Shown here in pieces: positions 39,165 through 52,290 of a stretch of 64,000 nt of DNA (position 1 is the first letter of the stretch; the number at the start of each line of letters is the position of its first letter). Source of the DNA: Ascidiella aspersa (Eukaryota). A model generated the notes under the pieces. It was not told the DNA's origin and searched no databases. It saw only the letters and a list, made by a program, of their open reading frames with translations. Position numbers and translations under genes: made by a program. The stretch covers positions 992,001-1,056,000 of the forward strand of contig OZ004615.1 in the NCBI GenBank assembly GCA_963924565.1. Reading direction: 5' to 3'.

Positions 39165-39450
39165 ATCCTTGTGGAAGGCAAGGCTTCCTGGTCAAACCGC
39201 CGTATAAGAGCTTCTCGTCAGATAAGCAAGTGCTTCAACCCAGGGCTTTGAAGTGTGGCTTGATCAGGTGCAGGCTCCAATCTACTCTGTGGCTAGCTGA
39301 ACGCGCTTTAGGCCACACACGCACTGCGCAAGTTCACATTTCTACCAGGAATTTTGTTTACCTAAAACAGCAGCCTTCGACCACCGTCTTGACTTGCTGT
39401 TTATGCTTGGGTCCGGTTACTAATTTGAGCGAAAGATTGAAGCAAGGCCT
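39165..39450 (+). ncRNA. Putative structured RNA unit
   Basis: GAAGGC/GCCTTC enclosing CCTGGTCAA 39187 / TTGATCAGG 39260 and TGTGGC/GCCACA. Confidence 0.5.
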
Positions 39451-39451
39451 A

Positions 39452-39600
39452 GAATGAATACCGAAGCATATGCAGAAGTAGGTAGCATTTTAGACGTTTC
39501 GTTTAACTCTTTATTCATTTTCAACAGTTATTCGAAACGTTCAAAATGTTAGCTACATCTGTTTGGGCTTTGATATTCTTACTACGTCTTACTACAACAT
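39452..39600. repeat. Dispersed repeat family A (about 11 copies: ~770-935, 1370-1470, 9655-9775, 19205-19265, 35875-36095, 38835-38912, 44070-44255, 46908-46985, 59320-59485, 63950-64000)
   Basis: Shared AATATCAAAGCCCATACAGAAGTAGGTAGCATTTTG(T)GAACGTTTCGAATAACTC and TACAACCTCCAGCCATTAT, often arranged as internal inversions or tandem partial copies. Confidence 0.9.
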
Positions 39601-41469
39601 TAATGTAAGGCTTTTTGCAGAATCATTGGTTTTGGTTAATGCTGATACAACCCCTTTTCTACGTTTAAACGACCACGAAAACAATTCTTGTGTCAAATGC
39701 GTGTTTTAAACTTTTGGTCAATGACGTCATAATAGCGGCATATGAAAATGGAATTTATATTTTTTCTGGGTAGCAAACACATCAGATTAGGGTCCTTATC
39801 CTTAGTATATTATTTTAAAGTTTGAGTGATTTTTGTTAATGTAAATTTTTCGGCAATTATTAAAAGTAAATTCGCAGAATTATAGTTTTTTGAAGTGTGG
39901 TGCCAAAACGTAATTGCAGACCCTAAGCGTTAACCTGCCCGTAGCTCCCTTGTCACAAACTCTTCTGTATCTTTTCGTATAAATTTGCCCCTTCCTGGCT
40001 AGCCAAGGAACCCTAGATTCGTCCTGTTTTTTTTTGCGAAGTTTGCAAAACATTAGAAGGCTGCTGACGCCTGTAGGAATTGTTGGTTGTCCAAGATCGG
40101 TTTGCGGACAAACTGTGTTTTTTTTTGCTGTTGTTTACCGACAATTTGAAGGCTTTTTAGAGTTGTTGTGATGTGTCGCTTGTGGTTATTTGCACACGGA
40201 AGGTTAAAATTTCGTATTCTTCGGCGATTGACAGAATGCATTCATGGGTAAACACAAATTTTTCCGCTTTTCAATATGATAAAGTTTAGAAAATGTAGAC
40301 GTAGCTTAACTTACAATGATGGTATTTCGGTGTTATTGAAAGAACTTCGACAAAAATGACACAAATGCCTGCGCTTTAATAACATTTTATAGCGTATCAA
40401 ACCACCACATTTGAAAACCTTAAAGTATACCCCCATAAAGTAAAACAAAAAAGCACTGCCCAAAAATAAAAAAAATCACGCTAACACCTCCAAATCGATA
40501 AAGGAAGCCTTGCTATTTAAACAACCTTATAAAATCAATGTCCTAAAAAACTAGAAAAAATTGAAAAACCTGTACATAATCTTATAAAATAAAACAAAAA
40601 GCACCCTTAAAAATAATAAAAAATAACTTTAACACCTCCAAAGCGATAAAGGCATCCTTGCTGTTGATATTTCACCTGTCACCTTATCCTTTAGTGGAGC
40701 GAGGCCTTGGCTAGTTCAAGCCAGGAGTGTGCCACGCGGAAGTGGGCCTCAAAAGGCGACTTCTTGGGTTACCAAAGGTCTGATTCGTGCGCCCTTTTGA
40801 TGTCCTAGCACTGATTGATGGCCCTGACCACTGACCGCCTGTATGGTTCACTTGGAGCGCGAGTTCTGTGCAAAGTTTGAGCCCCTAAAGCCAATAAATA
40901 GATCCGGGGTCGTCACCGTACATTAGCAGTCCACCATTAACTCTATTGTGATTCTGTGTCCGATTTTTGGTCAATTTTTACGGCGATTTGACGCTGAATC
41001 GATGTTTATTGTTTCGCGTCGCGTGGTCGGTTGGAAATTTGTTTTGTGAAAAGTAAAATAAATCGAAAATTAGGATAAATTAAAACAACAAACAACAGTG
41101 TTGTTGAAATCGGTTGAATTTGACATGTTTAGTTAAATTTTAGAAAAAACATGTATTTTTCATTTTATTTGAATTTTAATATTTTTTAAGTTGAACAATG
41201 TTGGAAGGCAAGATTCTGTTTAAAAAAACAGATAATAAACCTAACGTAAGATTATCAGTTATTTAATGAACAACGTTCATTCAGTATCAATTGTTTGTAT
41301 GAATGCCTTGAGGTAACACGAGTAGGTAATTTCACAAAATTTTCAAAAAATTCGCGGCACACTTGACAATCTCTCAAGGCACATAGTTTAAAAATCATTG
41401 GTCGATCGGGAGCAATTACATAAGCGCACCAGAAAATCTTGCCGTTTCTTTAGTTCGATCTTAGCGATT

Positions 41470-41815
41470 TCCCACTGCTAAGCATTCAAGTCTAACGCGG
41501 CTTGATGCCGACCTAGAATCCTAGATGCTCACATTACTCGAGTATAAATGACTGGAGCAAATCTGACCCAGATTCCACGCTGAACGCTAACAGATTGGCT
41601 TAGCAGGTATCACAGCAGCGCGACACACGATTAATTTGCTCTTGGAACCACTGCTAGCGTCTATTGTCCGGTCCATGAGCTTGTTACACAAAACCTCGCA
41701 GCAGCTGCTGGTTGAACTCAGTCTTGTCTTTTGCCAAATGCTTCTTAACTTCGAAGCTTGACTGTCCGTAACTGGAGTCCTTATCACTCGCCGGTGCGAC
41801 TTCAATGAGACAGAT
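41470..41815 (+). ncRNA. Putative structured RNA unit
   Basis: Perfect CTGCTAAGC 41475 / GCTTAGCAG 41598 enclosing TCAAGTC/GGCTTGA and AATCTG/CAGATT. Confidence 0.5.
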
Positions 41816-42094
41816 TACATAGTTTCAACACAATTTTTTTGATGAATATTTCTCCAGTGATTAACATGGGGCCGCAATGAAAGGGGATTATTTAAAGTTA
41901 TGTAGAGCACTGTTATTGTTGACTTTGGCCGTAAAAGTTGGGATTTTTTAACCCGAATTTTTTTAATTGAAAAGTTGAAGTAAACTACGAATCGTAATTT
42001 TTATGGGTAAATAAAACCAAAAAATGCCATAGCAATTTAAAAAAACATCTTTCAAAATAACTTAATATTTGTTAACACGTCAATAGTTTTTTTC

Positions 42095-42230
42095 TTGAAA
42101 ATACATAGTTTAGATCTTAAATTTGAAAATACATAGTTTAGATCTTAAATTTGAAAATACATAGTTTTGATCTTAAATTTGAAAATACATAGTTTTGATC
42201 TTAAATTTAAAAATACATGGTTTTGATCAA
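42095..42230. repeat. 28-bp tandem repeat x4-5
   Basis: TTGAAAATACATAGTTTAGATCTTAAAT repeated. Confidence 0.95.
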
Positions 42231-42359
42231 CCTCAAAACTTAAAAAATCAACACAACAACAATTTAAAAAAAAAAATTGTAAAAACGAGAAGGCCGAACA
42301 ATATTTGTAATCGCTAAAACACTTCACAAGGATTTAAAGGCACAAATTTGCCGACTCTA

Positions 42360-42598
42360 TGTTGCCGAACCGCGCAGGGCAGTCACAGGGCCTTGATCGC
42401 TTAAAGTTGACCCGCGCCGGTAAAATACGACCTTTCAAATTACCCCTGGAGCCACTTCTCATGTCTGACGGCACCTACAGAAATAGCTGTTGGTCCGAAC
42501 CCTTCCAAACGCTTAATTTGTCGAGGGTGCTTCTGCTGAGGACACAGTAGGCCATTTCAAGTTAGCCTGGCTCCTTTTTATCCCGGTTTTCGGCATTT
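42360..42598 (+). ncRNA. Putative structured RNA unit
   Basis: TGCCGAA 42363 / TTCGGCA 42589; GGAGCCA 42448 / TGGCTCC 42568; ACCCT/AGGGT. Confidence 0.55.
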
Positions 42599-43524
42599 TA
42601 GTGTGAAAAACTTGGTTAAAATTATTCTTCTATTAGTTCTTGGCCAATTGATTACATCGTTTTAAAACCACACAAATTCTAATTTGTGTTATATGCCCAT
42701 GTTTTATTTAACTTTATTCTAGCTCATTTGTGTGCCATTTTTTAGGCGAGAAAACAGTTTAAAAGAACCATTTGATTGCTAGGTATTTCACTGCGTTATG
42801 TACTAAGAAAAAGGTTTCAAGAGAAGTTACATTCATCTAATACAAATAGGGCAAAATAATATTTTTGATGCTTCTTGGCCAATTAACTATAGGTTGCTTT
42901 AAACGCAAAAGCTCTGTTTTTTAACCTTTACCGTATAGACTTTGATAAAAATAAAAGGTACGGCTTTTCAAAACGGCCAGAGTTTTACAAAAACCACAAG
43001 AGTGTCAAAAAGAGTGCTTGTCTTTTTACGAAGTGGTCACGTAATCTGCTAAGAGGGACCTATCCAGTTTAAAAATGTCTTGTTTGTTACAAGTTGGAGC
43101 ACACTCGTTGTACTTTAGAAGTAAGGCCAACTTGCCCATTTACTTCTTGCTTTCTTTTCGCTTTGCGCTTGGCGTTCAAAAGCAAACAATTTAGGCTTTT
43201 AGTTCTGGGATGGCATTTCGATTAATTTACCACATTTTCAACAAATTGTGCTTAAGAAATAACGGCGTTCGTTCGTTTTATGTCTGGCCTTTAAGTACAA
43301 CCAGTTTAGCACGAATTTTGGTGATTTTTGCGACAGAAAACGGCGAACTTTAAATAAATGGAGAGTTGATTTTGGTTGCGTGAAACTACTGTAGGTTTTT
43401 TGTCAATTTTGGGAATTACTTGTGCCTTGTACCTTTTGCATAATTTAGCAGAAAAAGTGAGTCGCATTGATTTCTTTGAACTGTATTTTTAGTATAATCC
43501 CATCCCCAGAGCAGAAATCCCACT

Positions 43525-43825
43525 ATAGCAGGGTTAAAAGTTCACAATTCAAGCGACGGGCGGTCCAGTGCGTTTTATCTCACAAGTCAACCCGAAAAGG
43601 CGGAATATCGCCTCTAAAGTCAGACTAAATCCCATACACATGCCTAAACTCTTATGAGAGCGATTAGCGGCGTAAGTTGATATTCTAGGATGAATAGCAC
43701 CAACAATGTCCATCTGTTCTCGACCTAATATCGCATTACAAGTTGAGTCTGTTATCTCGACAACATAAAGCTCTTTATTGCGGCTTTTTAAGTCTGTGTC
43801 TTGTAAAACCACGCCCCCTGCCTTT
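43525..43825 (+). ncRNA. Putative structured RNA unit
   Basis: Nested GCAGGG/CCCTGC, GGGCG/CGCCC, ACAAG/CTTGT, CAGACT/AGTCTG. Confidence 0.5.
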
Positions 43826-43879
43826 TGTTAGTAGGCTTTACACCGATTAGTTTGCGACCTTCTGACACTGACCACTATT

Positions 43880-43920
43880 TACCCCTCGCGCGAGGGTGTC
43901 TCTGCGCATGCGCACTGCGT
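43880..43920. promoter_or_regulatory. NRF1-type site plus CGCG palindrome
   Basis: TGCGCATGCGCA at 43903-43914 and CCCTCGCGCGAGGG just upstream. Confidence 0.55.
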
Positions 43921-45199
43921 TAGGACAACATGTGTTGACGACAAACACCAATAAATCACAGTTGTCAGGTTGTGGGCGACACAGAAGTCCAATAACTGTT
44001 TTATTGGCTTGTCATATATTATAAACAGGGGTTAGTTAGAGTGTACAATTGTTTTTTTACGTATAATGGAACGAAATTAAACGCCCATACAGAAATAGGT
44101 AAAGGTGTACTTGAAACGTTAAACAAAATGCAACATACTTATGTATTGGCTTAGTGTTCATTCTACGTCTAACCACAACCCCCAGCCATTATCTTAGGAT
44201 TTATTTGAAACGTTAAAAATGCTGCCTACTTTTGTGTGGGCTTTGACATTCATCCTAGGATAAGAATATTTTTTAATATTTTTTCAATTGAATCGACTTA
44301 AAGAGGTACCCATGCAATTTGGAGATGTTTTTTTGGGTGCTTTGTGCGCAGAAGATTACATATGTGTCATTATATCTGATGTTAGAAGCACACTTCGAAC
44401 CCCTAAGTACCCAACCAATTTGCCCATACAAAAGCAAAACGGCATGAAGCTACAAAGAGACGGTCTTGTGTGGAATTGATCTATTTATAAACTGTGTATT
44501 TTAGCCGCAGTCACAACACAACAAAATTGGCGCTCAGTTAAAGAGCAGAGTTGCTTTAGTGGAGCAAACGACCTGGTTTAGGACTTGTGTGTGTACTTTG
44601 GGCGAGGTCATGGCTGGATTGATTTACCCACTTCCTCACGCAAATATACAACCACCGGAAACGCATTGCTTATCCATAAGCGGGCCTTTCAACCCCGGAG
44701 AAAATTGTACTTTAATTTTCCTTTTTTTCCGCAAAATTTTATTATTTAATTCTATAACTTTCCTAAAAAATGGTGTTTTTGAAAACAGTTTTCTTTTGCA
44801 GTAAGTGAGTTTTCTTTTTTCTTTTATTATGGCCAATTAAAATCCTTGTCTTTAAAACTTGTTTTAAAATTTTAGCATATTTTTTGCTTTTTTAGGAAAA
44901 AAAGGGTTTGTCACAGACCTAAATACTCAATGTTCAACCGAAAGTGACAAAAAATGATTTCACACACAAAAAAATCCGCTTTTATTGATATATAGTTAAA
45001 GTTTAAGCTGCATTAGTTGCCCGTTGATTTAAAATATCACAATTTTTTAGTTTAATTCTTTATATTTTACTCAAAGGATTTTTTATGCGAGAATGTCTAA
45101 ATAATTTGAAAATTTACGAAAATAAAAAAAGAGACCAAAACGTTTTGGGCGATATTTTAGTCAAACTGACCTTTTTTTGTCGACTTTTTTTTTGTAAAC

Positions 45200-45340
45200 T
45201 TTCGCCTCCCGCCATAAATCTCGCTCGCGCGTCCTCGCCCCTTTCAGCGTCGCGCGTCCGCCATTGTTACGTCACAATTCAACGTCGCGATTTATGGCCT
45301 GTGTTGTTTATGTAAGCTGTGAGCAAAGACGCGCGACTCT
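45200..45340. promoter_or_regulatory. CpG-rich promoter-like patch
   Basis: CCATTGTTACGTCAC within a CGCG-dense stretch. Confidence 0.55.
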
Positions 45341-46104
45341 TCTATTGCTTCTTCTTGTTTGATGATTTACGTTCGACGAGTTTCGAAATGTTTGAGTTGA
45401 TTTTTTTGAGGTTTGTTTTAATTGTTTAAGGCTACTTGGGGATCAGGGTTTACAGCCGAACTTGCGTGCGTTTGTGTGCGTGTGTAGTTTTTAGTTTTTG
45501 CAAAACGATATTGGTTGTAACCGTTTTAAAATAAAATTAAGCAATTATATTTGTAACCTACATTAAAGTTGCGCCTGTGTGTGCGTGCGTGCGCGCGTGT
45601 GCGCTCTCTACAGCTTGTGCGCGAACATCAGTTGGTTCAACCCAATTCCTTACGATCCGTGCCTTGCTTTAGTAACTTAGATTGTAAAACTTTCTTTCTA
45701 TGCAAACAAGGTTTCACATATTTCAATTTTCTTAAAATGACAATGAACCTAAACAGACCTGCTACTGACATTAAAAGTCATTCGAAACTAAATTGTAACA
45801 CAAACCAACGTGTTCTCAAGGTTTTGTTTTATATGTTTTCCAACAGTTGTTAGGTGATCTACATATGAAAGTACTACTGTCGTTTAGAAAGTTGTACCCC
45901 GCCTAACATTCATTTCGAACCGAAAACCTGTTCAAAACGTTGTTTTTCAACATTTGTCCGACAGTTGTTAGGATCTTAGAAGCGAGCTTGCTTTCAGACT
46001 AAATTCAATTCTCCCTTCATTTCGTCGTAAAAACTCTCACCTGAGAGATTATGACGATGTTTTAAGAAGATTAGATTAAAACAAAAAGTCCTAATATGAA
46101 AACA

Positions 46105-46345
46105 TGCTCAGTGTTATCTTTGGAGTTTTCCGATTAGACGCCGGCGTCCAAACAAGTCGCAGCTAACATGGTTATAACGCCACACGCCCCAAAAATCAGC
46201 TTAGCCCTGGTCTAATTGGATTTGGAAGCGCTTGCTTATCGATTCTTGGGTGAAAGCTTTTAGAAAACTCGTCCTAAGATCAGATCACGGTCGAAACTTG
46301 CCTAATGGCGGAACCATGAAGTTGTAGATTGGGAGTGAGTTTTTC
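46105..46345 (+). ncRNA. Putative structured RNA unit
   Basis: 11-bp TCCGATTAGAC 46129 / GTCTAATTGGA 46210; TCTTGGG/CCTAAGA. Confidence 0.5.
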
Positions 46346-47284
46346 GCGTGCATTTATTTATATTAAAAGGCAAAATGTTATCATTTAACACAAACAAAAG
46401 CATGTGGAGTTTTCCGTTCAAAACACTTTATATCTATATTTATCATGTATGTTTTCACAGTTAAAATCAAACATTTAAAATTATTTATTTACTTTTTGTT
46501 TCTAAATTAAGTCAATCTACTTTATATTTCATTTCCCTGATAAGCAACTAACTACCTTTTCCCCAGTTTAACAAAACAAGCGTTTTAATATTTTTTTACA
46601 CAATTATTTTTTTTTCACACAATAGAATACTAAAACTCCATAAAATAAAGCTTGGTAAACAACACTTATACCCTGGGCTATTTCTCAGAAAACTTTGCAG
46701 TTAAACTGTATCGCTGCGTTCAATTAAAACGCTATGAAAACATGTGGTTTTGTTCATTGCTTTTTCCCGTGACTATTGAGCCACTACCAAGAAGTGCTTC
46801 TAAAACAGGCGCTAAACCTCGTTCCGGTGTGTGTGTTGGCGCCCAACGTCTGGCATTGACACCATTGCAATGTTGTGGCCAAAAAAGCGTAACATTAAAA
46901 CATAAAAACGGCTGGAGGTTGTAGTTGGACTAATATCAAAGACCATACAGAAGAAGGAAGCATTTTGTGAACCTTTCGAATATTTGTTAATTTTTAACAT
47001 GCTACTGCTGTATAGGTAGGCTTTAGTAATATCTATTTAAAACAGTGTACCGGTTGTTTAACACTATATTTCTAAGCAAATGTTTTTTTTCGTTTCCTAG
47101 TTTTTTTAAACAAATTTAGTTCGTACTGTGCTTGATAAAAATGAAAAAATCCAAATTCTTATCTAAACTAAACGTTTTTGATATTTCCATAAAAGTAAAT
47201 ATGTCCCCGCATTACGTCACAAAATCCCCGCATTACGTCATAAACTGTACAGCCGCGGTCTAGTATGACGTCATAAGGAATGGT

Positions 47285-47545
47285 TTGTCGTGGCGGCGTG
47301 TTTCAAGTGCACATTTCCGCGTCTGTGTTTGCATAATGGAGCCTGGCGCCCAGATCACGTGACCTCACTTGCTCCTTCGTGGTACACTTGGTCATTGCGA
47401 CCTCGTTCCGACCAAGTGAACTGGAAGTGTCTAGCCTCGGTGAATGTCGAGTCAAAATGATGATTTTGAGCGGATTTTGTGGTTGATGAAAGGCTTCGCT
47501 GGTCAGACGAGGAAACCACTCGTGTGATGCGAAACGTCGCGACGT
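47285..47545 (+). ncRNA. Putative structured RNA unit directly after a CRE cluster
   Basis: GTCGTGGCG/CGTCGCGAC closing stem; CACTTGGTC 47385 / GACCAAGTG 47410; TCAAAAT/ATTTTGA. Confidence 0.55.
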
Positions 47546-48109
47546 TTGTTTTCAAATTGCTTTTTATTTGCTGAATTGATCGGTGTGACTAGACGCACGC
47601 AATATTCATTGGCACTTGACGCCTTATTTTTTGTCTCTCGAAATTTGTTTCCAATTGAAATTAAAATACAGTCATTTAAATTAGAGTTAGCAAAAAAAAA
47701 TATGTTTATTGATAGTTTTAGGAAGCTCTTTGAGGGTTCATTGTAACTTTTTAAAAGATTGCTGTCAAAAATATTTCAAGTCATGTAGATACTGAAATGA
47801 AATAGAACAAAGACATCTTCCAAAAAACATTTTTTGTATTTCAAGCCAAATTTCGTTTGCTAAGCTTTAAAATAGCTCGAAAAAATATGTATAATTTGTT
47901 TCATAAATTTATTCACTTTTTCTTCAACCATTCTTTCAAAAAATGTTTTAAAAATCAACCCGACCCGTGAAATCTAAACAACCTTGCAACTTTACACATT
48001 TAATAAACTTTAAAACATCTTGAAAAAATCCCCCCCCCCCCTATTCTTTCGAAAAATGTTTTCCAAAAAAAATGTTTTAAAAGTCGAACCCGACCCACGA
48101 AGTCTAAAC

Positions 48110-48405
48110 GATCTCGCAGCTCGTCATTCTTCACCGGCTTAAAACCCCCCCAATGTACACAAGTATACACGCAAGACTGCAGCGAAAGTGCTTGGCGCAG
48201 ATACCTTGTTTTGAACTTGGGACGTGCCTAAGACCCAGAGGAGACAAGCCAAGGGAAAGGCAGACTAACTGCTGAGAGATGCGACTTAGATATGCGCAGT
48301 GTTTGTACCTTGACATGCTTTAACTGCGGATGGTGGCCAAGACATTAACTGCCTTTACTTGGGCTCCATTGGGAATTCTATGACGCTGTTAGAACACGTG
48401 ATCTT
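48110..48405 (+). ncRNA. Putative structured RNA unit
   Basis: Nested GTCAT/ATGAC, CCCAATG 48149 / CATTGGG 48367, CAAGTA/TACTTG, CTTGGC/GCCAAG. Confidence 0.55.
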
Positions 48406-48523
48406 GTGTTTGAAGCGTTTTTTTGTGAGTTTGATATTTACAATTTGATTCTGTTTAAAATAAACATGTTGGATCCTTATACTGAAAAAAAGTTCTTCTG
48501 GTACTTTATCCAGTTTGGGTGGC

Positions 48524-48577
48524 TTGTTACATTCCCTGATGAAGACATCCTGCATAGTTAGCCGAAACGTCGTACAA
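48524..48577 (+). ncRNA. Degenerate minimal hammerhead motif
   Basis: CTGATGA-AGAC...TAGCC-GAAA-CGTC followed by AATAAA; stem II damaged. Confidence 0.5.
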
Positions 48578-48863
48578 ACAAATAAATACCAGAAGAACTT
48601 ATTTTCAGTATATATTATGCCTGGTAGCAAAAGCATATTTTATATATATAATCCTTTCTACGAATGACTTTTACATACGCGATAAAAATTGGAAGAAAAA
48701 CAAAAAAATTGTGAAGAAAAACAGATATAAACCCACGTTTTTCAACACATTTGCGTTTTATATAAACTGTATAATCAACCTGTAAATCTTTTTTCCGGTG
48801 CCAATAGTAGTTCAGCTAATGTTTCGACAACAGATAAAATCGCTCTTCTGATTTAAACCAAGT

Positions 48864-48912
48864 TTTAACCGATGTTTCGTCATCAGATAGCAAATGACCT
48901 CATCAGGGTAAA
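48864..48912 (-). ncRNA. Minimal hammerhead motif
   Basis: TTTACC-CTGATGA-G-GTCAT...ATGAC-GAAA-CATC-GGTTAA; stems I and II present. Confidence 0.7.
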
Positions 48913-51137
48913 TTAAACACGTACACATGCGCTGTGCGTCCAAGTAGCAAGGTTATGTTACTTATTGAACACAAAGCGAGCTTCTTAACGTCACTGTGGG
49001 TTGGTTTACTGATTGTAGAGATTAACACGCGAGTAAAGTTCATCGCGGAACGCAGAAAGATAAAAAAAGTGTTAAAACACAAAGCGCCTATTGAACGATT
49101 TTGTAGAAAGTTGCCTGAGAACTTTGGAACACAATACGCGTTTTTTTAGTACTATCTATAAATAATTAAATATACTAAAGCCATGATATTCGATAAAATC
49201 AACATGACGACGTACCGAAACGTCTTAATCAAGTTGATGTCGATTCACTCGACCTTTGGATTTGTAATTCATTCAAGCTGCCCATTAATTATCATTATTA
49301 AAAGTTGAATGTTGGAATTCATTTTCAAGCTACAAGTCATTAGTTGCCCAAGTCAAGTTTCAAATTATTGTCGTAGCAAGCCAGAAGTCATTACCTTCCA
49401 AAAAAAAATGTTAAACTATTCAAATTGGTAAATTTCAGCCATTTCCAGCTAAAGCCAGCTTGGAAGCGGCAATAGTTTGCAAAACATCGCAGTTTTTGTT
49501 GATTCTTGTCGCTTTATTTGCTCGCGACCCACCAACCTCGCTCCTCGTTTTACGACCGAAGTTCTGCATCGGGCGTTTGCTATTGTGACGTCGTCTTCTC
49601 ACCGTTGTGACGCAGGCGGCCTCTGTTAGGAAACAATGAAACAATGAAACGGCGTCGCGCGTTTGTCTCTTGTTGTGTTTGCAAACCGGGGGGTCACAGT
49701 CGGGGTTTTGGGGGGTGATTTTTTATATAAAAGGAAAATCAAACGACCCCAGGAATTCCATTTTTTGTGTCAACATTTTACAGCTGCGATTTTATTTTTT
49801 TGAGTTTCGACTATAGAAAAAAAATAGACTAATTAAAAAGTTTATCAAAAAAACAAGTGAACTGAATCTGCTAATATAAAGATTTTCGATTAAAAAAAAG
49901 TAAATTTACCGACTGTTTTTTTGTGATTAAGTGTAATTTTTTTCCCTTAAAATTATTTTGTAGTTACACCATTTTAATTTTTAACTTAATTTCAAGAGAT
50001 TTTTAAACTTTCTCAGACCCTTTTTGATTTAATAACTTTTTTCGTAACACTTTATGGTTAAACAGTTATAAACCAAACATTTCTCGTTGACTAATTTCAC
50101 TCAATTGTTAAAATTTTTTGCATTAAATAAGTTATTTTTTACATTTGTATATCAAAATAATGAAAAAAAAAATTGTTATAAAAAATGCTTTGTGAAGAAC
50201 AAATATAGGTCTACTCGCCACCCCCTAAAACACGTTGAGTAACCCCAGTCTGGGAATCTCTGTTTCAACAAGCAACACAATGGAGTTTCGGGGAGGGGGG
50301 GGGGGGTAAATGGGGGTAATTGCTTGTAATTGTCCCTTTTAGCGTTGCACCTGGCCCCAGTTAAGAGCCAAGTGCGATTTTATCTCGCTCCAAATTGGGA
50401 GGAGTAGGAAAATAGTGGGAGAAGGAATTTGCTCCTGAGAGGAGTCTCTCATTTTGCTGGGATCTCAGTTGGACAAACTGCGGCCTTGCGAGGTGTTGGG
50501 TGTCAAAATAACGACCGCTCTACAACCTACAATCTACAGCAGACGCCGCACATTTTCTTGCCAACTTAAAATGGTCAAAGTTTCCTAAATCTAAAATAAC
50601 AAATGGTCAACCTAAATAGGTAAAGTGGCTCATACTAAGCTATGTCTAAATTTATGCCCTTTTGAGTTACTCTGGCCATTCTTCTGACATTAAAAAAAAA
50701 ATAATAAATAAACAGAAAGACGGATTGTGGCTTGTTCAGTTTTTTTGACTATTTTACCATTTCCTACCATTTTTTTATTCTCTTGACTATTTTTTTATAA
50801 AATCATCAGAAAAGCGATTTGTGGCTTTTTTGAGCAACTTTAAACATTTTTTGACTATTTTTTTTCATTTTCACGCCTTGGATTAATTTTAAAAATCATA
50901 TTGTTTTAAATGTGGTAGTAAGGTGGAAAGTAGTTTCAAGCTTTATGATTTATAAAAGCTTATGAAATGAATTACCACAGGGTTTGAGTGAATCGATATC
51001 ATCTTCATTAAGACGTTTCGATACAAACTTCTATCATCTTCAAACATCTTTATCAAGATGATGTCGATCTACTCGACCTTTTTGGCTTTGGAATTCACTA
51101 TTTAAAAAATGTTGCTTTATTTATAAAAAACGCTTTT

Positions 51138-51400
51138 CCAGCAACGGTGTCTGGCTGTGTACAATGTAACGTCTACTCTGTTTAAGTTATGAGTCAGTCA
51201 CTTTACCCAATATTTGTTCGGTTTGTTCGGGAAGTCAAGGCGGTTGTTACCAAGGCCGTTCCCTGTCTGAAAAATATCCACTCATCCTTTCGTCGGCTCG
51301 CCTCGCTATTTCTGTCCATGTGGGACCAAAGTAAGCGATTTAAGCCAATAAGTGCGTGACACAAATGTCCGTGTGTGGCCATTCTCCCTGGCTGTTGATA
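51138..51400 (+). ncRNA. Putative structured RNA unit
   Basis: 11-bp G-U-rich TGGCTGTGTAC 51152 / GTGTGTGGCCA 51371; GTCAC/GTGAC; TCGCT/AGCGA. Confidence 0.55.
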
Positions 51401-51974
51401 ATTTATCGACAAATCGACAAAATTTGAGGAACGGTTGAACACAAATTCGCGTGAAGCGCATAATTTTTAATCCTGTTTGGCTAATTTCATAAGAAAATAA
51501 GCGCATACGGTCATCGGTCGTGTTAGGACATTGTGTCAAGGTAGTTATTAAATTGTAGTTGTTTCTAATGTGTTAACAATTCAATTACCATTTGTTTAAA
51601 GGCGTTTGTTGGGTCGGATGCTAAACTCTGTTAAATCAGCTTTAGTGGCCCGTTATAATATTCATTATCTACTTGATTGTAGGGATATCCTATAATATCG
51701 AATCGGCGCCGATACCCGATACCAGGTGCTAGTATCGTTCCTCGATTACTCGTCCGATACTAGGTTGATATCGGTGCAAATCTGTTACTATAAAAAAAGG
51801 TGAAATAACTACTTTAACCAAAGTCATAAAAACACCCAATTGTTAATAAAAATAATAAAATTCAATAAAATTAAAAATTAAAATCGAAAAAACCTATTAA
51901 AACCAAAAATGTAAAATAATATTAATAGAATAATTATTATATATAAGCCTAAAATTGTAGCACCAGTTTTGAAA

Positions 51975-52290
51975 GCACTGTCCTAGAGCAAAGTTTCGCA
52001 TCAGAAGCGACTTTGCGGCCATTATCGGCGATAAGAACTTTTTCACGTTCAGCCTGGGGCTGAGATCTTGTCTCTATCGCGCAAAAAGACAATGGGCCCA
52101 TTGTTACGCGACCGGAAGACGCGAGAAGCCGGATGTTTGGGAGATCATGGTTTTGTTTTGATGTCGGCCGCTTAAAGGGCGTTGAAAGCTCGCCAACTGG
52201 TTTGCCAGGATAATCCCTTTGGCTGTGGCGATAATACTTGAGACAATTGACTGGCGACTTTACATTGACCGACTTACTGGACATCAGAGT
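51975..52290 (+). ncRNA. Putative structured RNA unit
   Basis: TGTCC/GGACA; GCAAAGT 51988 / ACTTTGC 52010; ATTATCG 52021 / CGATAAT 52229; further hairpins inside. Confidence 0.55.
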
